From contig OZ024759.1 in assembly GCA_964016885.1 (NCBI GenBank), forward strand, positions 6,200,001 to 6,264,000: 64,000 bases of DNA, written 5' to 3'. The DNA is from Eledone cirrhosa. Taxonomy: Eukaryota. The position numbers and the translations under genes are program-made. The notes beneath the pieces are model-generated. The model ran no database searches and was not told the DNA's origin. It saw nothing but the letters and a program-made list of their open reading frames with translations. Positions 43,693 through 54,000 of this stretch are shown in pieces; position 1 is the first letter of the stretch, and every line of letters starts with the position of its first letter.

Positions 43693-45664
43693 AAGACAGG
43701 CAAGGCAGCTGGGCCTTCGGAGATAGTTGCTGAGATGTTGAAGGCATCTGGTATGGTGGGACACACTATGGTCACCCGTATAGTTAACCAAGTAATACAG
43801 AATGGGGTCCTACCAAAAGACTGGCGTAGCAGCATCATCATTAACTGCTACAAGGGTAAAGGGGATGCTCTAGATAGGGGAAACTATAGAGGCATTAAGT
43901 TAGTTGACCAGGTCATGAAGGTCACAGAAAGTTATAGCACAACTAATCAGAGAGCGAATTGATCTAGATGAAATGCAGTTCGGGTTTGTGTCAGGTAAAA
44001 GTACCACAGATGCTCTTTTCATTGTACGACAACTACAAGAGAAGTACCTAGCAAAAGTAAACCCCTCTACTTAGCTTTTGTAGACCTGGAGAAAGCCTTT
44101 GACAGACTCCCCGCCCGATTATCTGGTGGGCTCTTAGAAAACTATGTGTAGATGAATGGCTTGTGAGAGCTCTACAAGCCATGTATAAAGAAACAGCCAG
44201 CAAGGTTAGAATTAACAATGAATATAGTGAAGAATTTAGTGTAAAAGTTGTTCATCAAGGCTCTGTCCTTAGCCCCCTCCTATTTATTATTGCCCTTCAG
44301 GTTATAACAGGAGTTCAAGACCGACTGCCCATGGGAACTCCTATACGCAGATGATCTAACGCTCATAGCTGAATCAATGGCTGAACTAGAGAAGAAATTC
44401 CAAACATGGAAGCATGGCCTAGAATCAAAAGGCCTTAAAGTTAACTTGTCCAAGACTAAAGTTCTGGTTTGTAGAAAGGAAAATAGGGCACCGTTTCCCA
44501 TCCGGGAAATGGCCATGCTCAGGAAAGGAGTAGGCAAAAATTACATCTTATGTCCCAAATGCAAAGTATGGGTACATAAAAGATGTAGTGGGATCACAGG
44601 TAAACTATCTAAGAACGTAGACTTTATATGTGGCCAATGCTCAGGTGCAATAAGTAGCAGGTGTCCACAGGATACTAGCTCCTATTGCCCAGATGGTTCT
44701 ATAGAAATAGTGGAGACCTTCCGTACCTGGGTGACGAAATCAGCAGTGGGGGAGGGTGTTCTGAAAGTACAGTAGCCAGAGTCAGAACGGGATGGAAAAA
44801 GTTCAGAGAGCTTATACCATTATTAGCCGCTAAAGGGTTCTCTCTAAAAATGAAAGGCAGGCTGTATGATGCCTGTAAACGAACAGCAATGCTACATGGC
44901 AGTGAGACATGGGCATTGTGTGCAGAGGACCTGCGCAGGCTGGAAAGGAACGAAGCATGCATGCTCCGTTGGATGTGTAATAGTAATATACGTGAACGGC
45001 AAAGCATAAATGAGCTAAGTGAGAAATAAGGAATAAGAGGGATCAGATGCTATTTACTCGAGAGAAGACTACGTTGGTATGGCCACGTGATGCGCATGAA
45101 AGACGACAGCTGTATAAAAAAGTGCAGGGTGATCAAAATTGATGGTAGCCACGGAATAGGTAGACCCAGAAAAACCTGGGATGATCTGATAAATTCCGAC
45201 CTCACACACATCTCTCTAAGATAATGTCACTGGACCGAGATCTTTGGCACCACGCAGTAATACAGAAGACCTGCCTTACCTATGTACAAAGCGAAACCTA
45301 CAGTCAGTAGGCAACTCGTAACCAAATATACACCCCAATCCCACTACCCCTACCCTATCCTCCCACTCCCACCAACACCACGAGATAATGAGATGGAGAT
45401 CGTGTAGGTGTCACGACAAAAACACACAGTCCACGCTGTAATGTGGCCGTGTATGTAACAGGATAAAAACCTCCCAGTTCCACACTGTAAATGTGGTTGG
45501 TGTTAGGAAGGGCATCCAGCCATAGAAAACCCGCCAGATAATCCTATATGAGTGAGACACGGTCATCCGACCAACCTTGCCTCAAGTGGGACAACTCCCG
45601 TCTAACCCATGCTAGCGTGGAAGAAGGACGTTAAACGATGATGATGATGATGGTGGTGGTGATG
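43693..45664 (+). mobile_element. RTE-clade LINE copy 1, 5'-truncated; frameshifted reverse transcriptase, 3' UTR and (GAT)n tail
   Basis: Fragments read KTGKAAGPSEIVAEMLK, PKDW..SIII..YKGKGD....NYRGIKL, QFGF, AFVDLEKAFD, HQGSVLSPLLF, LLYADDL (~44338-44358), YLGD.IS, MLHGSETW, LRWYGHVMR and GRPRKTW. Ends GGACGTTAAAC(GAT)n at 45626-45664. Multiple frameshifts. Confidence 0.93.
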
Positions 45665-45689
45665 TATATAATGTGTGTGTGTGTAGATT

Positions 45690-45858
45690 ATCATTATCAT
45701 CATCATCACCATTTTGTCCATATTTCCACTCTAGCATTGGTTAGATGAGTTGTCCTGTTGTGAGACTGTCCTGTTGTGAGATTGTCCTGTTGTGAGACTG
45801 TCCTGTTGTGAGACAAGCCAGATTAGAAGACCATGCCTTGCTCATTCAGAACAGATAC
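45690..45858 (-). mobile_element. Short 3'-terminal fragment of the same LINE/SINE tail family, antisense, with an internal 4x16-bp expansion
   Basis: (CAT)n followed by TTCCACTCTAGCATTGGTTAGA...TGTCCTGTTGTGAGA...GACCATGCCTTGCTCAT aligns with 46471-46585 and is the approximate reverse complement of 45600-45660. Confidence 0.75.
45751..45814. repeat. Minisatellite, 4 x 16 bp TGTCCTGTTGTGAGA(C/T)
   Basis: Copies start at 45751, 45767, 45783 and 45799. Confidence 0.95.
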
Positions 45859-45908
45859 AGATATATTTCACTGATATATATGTAGAATATATCAAATATA
45901 TATTATAA

Positions 45909-46223
45909 CAGGTATGTGTCCCTGGCATCCGCGGTCCCAGTTATTTGTGGAATATTCCTCAGAACCTAATAATTGTTTGTGATAACCACCGCATATTCGC
46001 GGAATTGTAAATATCTTCTGCAATTTGTTTATGGCATTTTTCCTGGCAATATATATTTTTTCACACTTTTTAACGCCAAATTATTAACAACAATAAACTG
46101 TATTTGCCGGCCTATATCTTACGTTATGTTTTCACATTTATAGGCATCCAATATTTGTGGTTTTTCACTGTTCACGAGTGCTCTAGGAATGTAGCCCCCG
46201 AGAAATACTGGGAGACTATTGTA
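45909..46223. mobile_element. Tigger/pogo-like (Tc1-mariner) MITE, degenerate
   Basis: The right end GGAATGTAGCCCCCGAGAAATACTGGGAGACTATTG-TA reverse-complements to TA-CAATAGTCTCCCAGTATTTCTCGGGGGCTACATTCC, resembling Tigger-type TIRs (CAGT.GTCCC..GTAT.CGCGG). The left end CAGGTATGTGTCCCTGGCATCCGCGG is a degenerate counterpart. Confidence 0.5.
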
Positions 46224-46277
46224 TATGTTTCACAGATATCACTGTCAAATTCAGTCCTGAGAATAATTTCTTAACGT

Positions 46278-46332
46278 CAGTTTGAACAGAGAGAGGTGAG
46301 AGATTTCTGGCCGGATATGTCCGGTTGAAATA
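46278..46332 (+). repeat. Dispersed repeat fragment homologous to 36237-36288
   Basis: CAGTTTGAACAGAGAGAGGTGAGAGATTTCTGGCCGGATATGTCCGGTTGAA versus CGGTTGGAACAGAAAGAGGTGAGAGAATTCTGGCCGGGTATGGCCTGTTAA. Confidence 0.75.
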
Positions 46333-46470
46333 GCAGAATAAAGTGGTAGCGAGTGACTCTACACCCTCTTGTAAGTGATATATCTAAGCTGCACCCTGTG
46401 GAGAAAATAGCAAAAGTATTGCTGAGCCAGCAACACCAACTACATGGGAATCAGGGGCCTTGACACAGAT

Positions 46471-48050
46471 ACATCATCAGCACTGTTTGACTTCCACTCT
46501 TCCACCCTAGCATGAGTTAGACGGGTTGTCCTGTTGTGAGCAATGCCAGGTCAGGTGACCATGTCTTGCTCATACAGGAACTGATGCTGGCTTGATTTCT
46601 ACAGCTGGATGCCCTTCCTAACACCAACCTCATTTACAGTGTGGGCTGGGTGCTTTTTTTCTGTGGCGCCTACATGTCCACTTCACATTGTGGGCTGGAT
46701 GCTTTTTTTTGCAGTGAGAGGGGGGTGGGGCATATTGTCTATATGCTTCAGCTTCAGCTCGTTCCTGTGGGAGGTCAGGTCTGCTGTATTACTGTGTGAC
46801 GCCTATGAGAGGTGCAATTGGGCAAGGTCGGCCTTTATCACCTCATCCCAGGTCTTCTTGGGTCTCCCCACTCAGCGGCTTCCATCGACTTCCAGTGTTC
46901 TGCACCTTTTTATGCAGCTGTCATCCTTTATACACACCACATGCCCATACCAACACAACCTCCTCTCCTGCACACAGCATTTGATTCCTCTTATGCTCAG
47001 TCTCTCTCTCAATTCATTTATGCTTTGCCGTTCGCATATATTACATCCATTGGAGCATGAAGGCTTCGTTTTTTTCTAATCTATGCAAGTCTTCCACAGA
47101 CAGCGCTCAGGTCTCACTACCATGTAACATTGCTGTTCGTATACACACATCATACAGTCTGCCTTTCTTTTTGAGAGAAAGCATTTTGCAGCTAGCAGTG
47201 GCAGTAGTTCCCTGAACTTTTTCCATCCCATGCTTACCCTGGTTACTGTACTTTCCAAACACCCACCTCCGCTGCTAATTCGGTCACCTAGGTAGCAGAA
47301 GCTGTCTACTGTTTCTACAGAGCCCTCCCAGAGATTGGTGGTACTTGTTTCTTGTGGCCGTTTGCTGCTTGCTGTCCCAGCACAGCTGCTACATGTGAAG
47401 CCTACATTCTTAATTAAGCTTCCTGAGATCCTGAGTTCTGTGCACGAGGACCTTAGTCTTTGTCAGGTTGACCCTGAGACACTTTCTTTCTAGTCCCTGC
47501 TTCCATGTTTGGAATTTCTTCTCTAGTTCTACCATAGATTCAGCTATAAGTGCGAGGTCATCCGCATACAGGAGTTCCCATGGGCATCTGGTCTGAAACT
47601 CCTCCGTTATTGCCTGCAGGACTATGATGAACAGGAGAGGGCTAAGAACAGAGCCCTGGTGGACCCCAACCTGTACGCTAAATTCCTCGCTATAGTCATT
47701 GTTAACACTAACTTTGCTGACTGCTCCCTTATACATGGCTTGTACAGCTTTCACAAGCCATTCATCTACTCCTAGTTTTCAAAGAGCCCATCAGAATATG
47801 TCACGTGGAACTCTGTCGAAGGCTTTTTCCAGATCGACAAATGCCAGGTAGAGTGGCTTACTTTTTGCTAGGTACTTTTCCTGTAACTTCCTGACAAGGA
47901 AGAGGGCATCAGTGGTGCCTTTTCCTGGCAGAAACCCAAACTGCATCTCATCTAGATTTACCTGGTCCCTAATCAAATGTGCTATAACTCATTCCGTTAC
48001 TTTCATGACCTGGTCCATCAGCTTTATACCTCTATAGTTTCCTCTATCTA
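46471..48050 (-). mobile_element. RTE-clade LINE copy 2, same family as copy 1, antisense, decayed, truncated at the microsatellite
   Basis: The minus strand encodes DRGNYRGIKLMDQVMKVTE*VIA, EMQFGFLPGKGTTDALF, AFVDLEKAFDRVPR, GVHQGSVLSPLLFIIVL, PWELLYADDLALIAES and FCYLGDRISSGGGC. It shares the 3' UTR motif GGTTGGTGTTAGGAAGGGCATCCAGC and a short (GAT)n tail at ~46472-46479. Confidence 0.93.
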
Positions 48051-51000
48051 TGTGGCTGCTATGAGTGGCTGTGTGGCTGTGTGTGGTTGTGTGTGGCTGT
48101 GTGTGGCTGTGTGGCTGTGTGACTGTGTGTGGCTGTGTGTGGCTGTGTGTGGCTGTGTGTGGCTGTGTGGCTGTGTGTGGCTGTGTGGCTGTGTGTGGCT
48201 GTGTGGCTGTGTGTGTGTGTGTGGCTATGAGTGGCTGTGTAGCTGTGTGTGTCTGTGTGGCTGTGTGTGGCTGTGTGTGGCTGTGTGGCTGTGTGTGGCT
48301 GTGTGGCTGTGTGTGGCTGTGTGTGGCTGTGTGGCTGTGAGTGGCTGTGTGGATGTGTGTGGCTGTGTGGATGTGTGTGACTGTGTGGCTGTGTGTGGCT
48401 CTGTGGCTGTGTGTGGCTGTGTGACCGTGTGGCTGTGTGTGGCTGTGTGTGTGTGTGTGGCTGTGTGTGGCTGTGTGTGGCTGTGTGTGTCTGTGTGTGG
48501 CTGTGTGTCTGTGTGTGGATGTGTGACCGTGTGTGGCTGTGTGTGGCTGTGTGTGGCTGTGTGTGGCTGTGTGTGGCTGTGTGGCTGTGTGTGGCTGTGT
48601 GTGGCTGTGTGGCTGTGTGTGGCTGTGTTGCTCTGTGTGGCTGTGTGTGGCTGTGTGTGTCTGTGTGTAGCTGTGTGTGGCTGTGTGTGGCTGTGTGGCT
48701 GTGTGTGGCTGTGTGTGGCTGTGTGGCTGTGTGTGGCTGTGTGGCTGTGTGTGGCTGTGTGTGGCTGAGTGGCTGTGTGGATGTGTGTGGCTGTGTGTCT
48801 GTGTGGCTGTGTGTGGCTGTGTGGCTGTGTGTGGCTGTGTGTGGCTGTGTGTGGCTGTGTGGCTGTGAGTGGCTGTGTGGCTGTGTGTGGCTGTGTGTGG
48901 CTGTGTGGATGTGTATGGCTGTGTGTGGCTGTGTGTGGCTGTGTGTGGCTGTGTGTGGCTGTGAGTGGCTGTGTGTGGCTGTGTGGATGTGTGTGGCTGT
49001 GTGTCTGTGTGGATGTGTGTGGCTGTGTGTGACTGTGTGGATGTGAGTGGCTGTGTGTGGCTGTGTGGATGTGTGTGGCTGTGTGTGACTGTGTGGCTGT
49101 GTGTGGCTGTGAGTGGCTGTGTGTGGATGTGTGTGGCTGTGTGTCTGTGTGTGGCTGTGTGGATGTGAGTGGCTGTGTGGATGTGTGTGGCTGTGTGTGA
49201 CTGTGTGGCTGTGTGTGGCTGTGTGACCGTGTGGCTGTGTGTGACCGTGTGGCTGTGTGTGGCTGTGTGGCTGTGTGTGGCTGTGTGGCTGTGTGTGTGT
49301 GTGTGGCTGTGTGTGGCTGTGTGGCTGTGTGTGTGTGTGTGGCTGTGTGTGGCTATGTGGCTGTGTGTGGCTGTGTGTGGCTGTGTGTGGCTGTGTGTGG
49401 CTGTGTGTGGCTGTGTGGCTGTGTGTGGCTGTGTGGCTGTGTGTGGCTGTGTGGCTGTGTGTGGCTGTGTGGCTGTGTGTGTGTGTGTGGCTGTGTGGCT
49501 GTGTGTGGCTGTGTGGCTGTGTGGCTGTGTGTGTGTGTGTGGCTGTGTGGCTGTGTGTGGCTGTGTGTGGCTATGTGTGGCTGTGTGTGGCTCTGGCTGT
49601 GTGTGGGTGTGTGGCTGTGTGTGGCTGCGTGTGGCTGTGTGTGGCTGTGTGTGGCTGTGTGTGGCTGTGTGTGGCTGAGTGGCTGTGTGGCTGTGAGTGG
49701 CTGTGTGTGGCTGTGTGTAGCTGTGTGTGGGTGTGTGGCTGTGTGTGGCTGTGTGTAGCTGTGTGTGGCTGTGTGGCTGTGTGTGGCTGGGTGGCTGTGT
49801 GTGGCTGTGTGGCTGTGTGTGGCTGTGTGTGGCTGTGTGGCTGTGTGGCTGTGTGTGGCTGTGTGTGGCTGTGTGGCTGTGTGTGGCTGTGTGTGGCTGT
49901 GTGTGACTGTGTGGCTGTGTGGCTGTGTGTAGCTGTGTGTGGCTGTGTGGCTGTGTGTGGCTGTGTGTGGCTGTGTGTGGCTGTGTGTGGCTGTGTGGCT
50001 GTGTGTGGCTGTGTGGCTGTGTGACTGTGTGGCTGTGTGGCTGTGTGTGGCTTTGTGTGGCTGTGTGGCTGTGTGTGGCTGTGTGGCTGTGTGTGGCTGT
50101 GTGTGGCTGTGTGTGGCTGTGTGTGGCTGTGTGGCTGTGTGTGGCTCTGTGTGGCTGTGTGGCTGTGTGTGGCTGTGTGTAGCTGTGTGTGGCTGTGTGG
50201 CTGTGTGTGGCTGTGTGGCTGTGTGTGTGTGTGGCTGTGTGTGGCTGTGTGTGGCTGTGTGTGGCTGTGTGTGGCTGTGTGTGGCTGTGTGGCTGTGTGT
50301 GGCTGTGTGTGGCTGTGTGGCTGTGTGTGGCTGTGTGGCTGTGTGTAGCTGTGTGTGGCTGTGTGGCTGTGTGTGGCTGTGTGGCTGTGTGTGGCTGTGT
50401 GTGTGTGTGGCTGTGTGTGGCTGTGTGTGGCTGTGTGGCTGTGTGTGGCTGTGTGGCTGTGTGTGGCTGTGTGTGGCTGTGTGTGGCTGTGTGGCTGTGT
50501 GTGGCTGTGTGTGGCTGTGTGGCTGTGTGTGGCTGTGTGTGGCTGTGTGTGGCTGTGTGGCTGTGTGTGGCTGTGTGTGGCTGTGTTGCTGTGAGTGGCT
50601 GTGTGGCTGTGTGTGGCTGTGTGTGGCTGTGTGTGGCTGTGTGGCTGTGTGTGGCTGTGTGTGGCTGTGTGGCTGTGTGTGGCTGTGTGTGGCTGTGTGG
50701 CTGTGTGGCTGTGTGTGGCTGTGTGTGGCTGTGTGGCTGTGTGTGGCTGTGTGTGGCTGTGTGTGGCTGTGTGTGGCTGTGTGTGGCTGTGTGGCTGTGT
50801 GTGGCTGTGTGTGGCTGTGTGTGGCTGTGTGTGTGTGTGGCTGTGTGGCTGTGTGGCTGTGTGTGGCTGTGTGGCTGTGTGTGGCTGTGTGGCTGTGTGT
50901 GGCTGTATGTGGCTGTGTGTGGCTATGTGGCCGTGTGTGGCTGTGTGACTGTGTGGCTGTGTGTGGCTGTGTGTGGCTGTGTGTGGCTGTGTGGCTGTGT

Positions 51001-54000
51001 GTGGCTGTGTGTGGCTGTGTTGCTGTGAGTGGCTGTGTGGCTGTGTGTGGCTGTGTGTGGCTGTGTGTGGCTGTGTGGCTGTGTGTGGCTGTGTGTGGCT
51101 GTGTGGCTGTGTGTGGCTGTGTGTGGCTGTGTGGCTGTGTGGCTGTGTGTGGCTGTGTGTGGCTGTGTGGCTGTGTGTGGCTGTGTGTGGCTGTGTGGCT
51201 GTGTGTGGCTGTGTGTGGCTGTGTGTGGCTGTGTGTGTGTGTGGCTGTGTGGCTGTGTGGCTGTGTGTGGCTGTGTGTGGCTGTGTGTGGCTGTGTGGCT
51301 GTGTGTGGCTGTGTGTGGCTGTGTGTGGCTGTGTGGCTGTGTGTGGCTGTGTGTGGCTGTGTGTGGCTGTGTGTGGCTGTGTGTGGCTGTGTGGCTGTGT
51401 GTGGCTGTGTGGCTGTGTGTGGCTGTGTGTGGCTGTGTGTGGCTGTGTGTGGCTGTGTGGCTGTGTGTGGCTGTGTGGCTGTGTGTGGCTGTGTGTGGCT
51501 GTGTGTGGCTGTGTGTGGCTGTGTGTGGCTGTGTGTGGCTGTGTGTGGCTGTGTGGCTGTGTGGCTGTGTGTGGCTGTGTGGCTGTGTGTGGCTGTGTGT
51601 GGCTGTGTGGCTGTGTGTGGCTGTGTGTGGCTGTGTGTGGCTGTGTGTGGCTGTGTGTGGCTGTGTGGCCGTGTGTGGCTGTGTGACTGTGTGGCTGTGT
51701 GTGGCTGTGTGTGGCTGTGTGGCTGTGTGTGGCTGTGTGTGGCTGTGTGTGGCTGTGTGTGGCTGTGTGTGGCTGTGTGTGGCTGTGTGGCTGTGTGTGG
51801 CTGTGTGTGGCTGTGTGGCTGTGTGTGGCTGTGTGTGGCTGTGTGTGGCTGTGTGGCTGTGTGTGGCTGTGTGTGGCTGTGTGGCTGTGTGTGGCTGTGT
51901 GTGGCTGTGTGTGGCTGTGTGTGTGTGTGGCTGTGTGGCCGTGTGTGGCTGTGTGACTGTGTGGCTGTGTGTGGCTGTGTGGCTGTGTGGCTGTGTGTGG
52001 CTGTGTGGCTGTGTGTGGCTGTGTGGCTGTGTGGCTGTGTGTGGCTGTGTGGCTGTGTGTGGCTGTGTGGCTGTGTGTGGCTGTGTGTGGCTGTGTGGCT
52101 GTGTGTCGCTGTGTGGCTGTGTGTGGCTGTGTGTGTGTGTGGCTGTGTGGCCGTGTGTGGCTGTGTGACTGTGTGGCTGTGTGTGGCTGTGTGGCTGTGT
52201 GTGGCTGTGTGTGGCTCTGTGGCTGTGTGTGGCTCTGTGGCTGTGTGGCTGTGTGTGGCTGTGTGTGGCTGTGTGTGGCTGTGTGTGGCTGTGTGTGGCT
52301 GTGTATGGCTGTGTGGCTGTGTGTGGCTATGTGTGGCTGTGTGGCTGTGTGTGGCTGTGTGTGGCTGTGTGGCTGTGTGTGGCTGTGTGTGGCTATGTGG
52401 CTGTGTGTGGCTGTGTGGCTGTGTGTGGCTGCGTGTGGCTGCGTGTGGCTGTGTGCGGCTGTGTGAGGCTGTGAGTGGCTGTGTGGCTGTGTGTGGCTGT
52501 GTGGTTGTGTGTAGCTGTGTGTGGCTGTGTGTGGCTGTGTGGCTGTGTGTGGCTGTGTGTGGCTGTGTGGCTGTGTGGCTGTGTGTGGCTGCGTGTGGCT
52601 GCGTGTGGCTGTGTGCGGCTGTGTGAGGCTGTGAGTGGCTGTGTGGCTGTGTGGCTGTGTGGCTGTGTGTGGCTGCGTGTGGCTGCGTGTGGCTGTGTGT
52701 GGCTGTGAGTGGCTGTGTGTGGCTGTGTGTGGCTGCGTGTGGCTGCGTGTGGCTGTGTGAGGCTGCGTGTGGCTGCGTGTGGCTGTGTGCGGCTGTGTGA
52801 GGCTGTGAGTGGCTGTGTGGCTGTGTGTGGCTGTGTGGCTGTGTGGCTGTGTGTGGCTGCGTGTGGCTGCGTGTGGCTGTGTGCGGCTGTGTGAGGCTGT
52901 GAGTGGCTGTGTGTGGCTGTGTGGCTGTGTGTGGCTGTGTGTGGCTGTGTGGTTGTGTGTAGCTGTGTGTGGCTGTGTGTGGCTGTGTGGCTGTGTGTGG
53001 CTGTGTGTGGCTGTGTGGCTGTGTGGCTGTGTGTGGCTGTGTGGCTGTGTGTGGCTGTGTGTGGCTGTGTGTGGCTGTGTGGCTGTGTGTGGCTGTGTGG
53101 CTGTGTATGGCTCTGTGTGGCTGTGTGTGGCTGTGTGTGGCTGTGTGTGGCTGTGTGTGGCTGTGTGTGGCTGTGTGTGTGTGTGGCTGTGTGGCCGTGT
53201 GTGGCTGTGTGACTGTGTGGCTGTGTGTGGCTGTGTGTGGCTGTGTGTGGCTATGTGTGGATGTGTGGGTGTGTGTGGCTGTGTGTGGCTGTGTGTGGCT
53301 CTGTGGCTGTGTGTGTGTGTGGCTGTGTGGCCGTGTGTGGCTGTGTGACTGTGTGGCTGTGTGTGGCTGTGTGGCTGTGTGTGGCTGTGTAGCTGTGTGG
53401 CTGTGTGTGGCTGTGTGTGGCTGTGTGTGGCTGTGTGGCTGTGTGTGGCTGTGTGTGGCTGTGTGTGGCTATGTGTGGCTCTGTGGCTCTGTGGCTGTGT
53501 GGCTGTGTGTGGCTGTGTGGCTGTGTGGCTGTGTGTGGCTGTGTGTGGCTGTGTGGCTGTGTGTGGCTGTGTGGCTGTGTGTGGCTGTGTGTGGCTGTGT
53601 GTGGCTGTGTGGCTGTGTGGCTGTGTGTGGCTGTGTGTGGCTGTGTGTGGCTGTGTGTGGCTGTGTGGCTATGTGGCTGTGTGGCTGTGTGTGGCTGTGT
53701 GTGGCTCTGTGGCTGTGTGTGGCTGTGTGTGGCTGTGTGTGGCTGTGTGTGGCTGTGTGGCTGTGTGTGGCTGTGTGGCTGTGTGGCTGTGTGGCTGTGT
53801 GTGGCTGTGTGTGGCTCTGTGGCTGTGTGTGGCTGTGTGTGGCTATGTGTGGCTGTGTGACCGTGTGTGGCTGTGTGTGGCTGTGTGGCTGTGTGTGGCT
53901 GTGTGGCTGTGTGTGGCTGTGTGGCTGTGTGTGGCTGTGTGTGGCTGTGTGTGGCTGTGTGTGGCTGTGTGGCTGTGTGTGGCTGTGTGTGTGTGTGGCT

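Noticed and set aside
46609-47079. 156-aa plus-strand ORF
   Set aside because: It is the antisense reading of LINE copy 2's C-terminus and 3' UTR.
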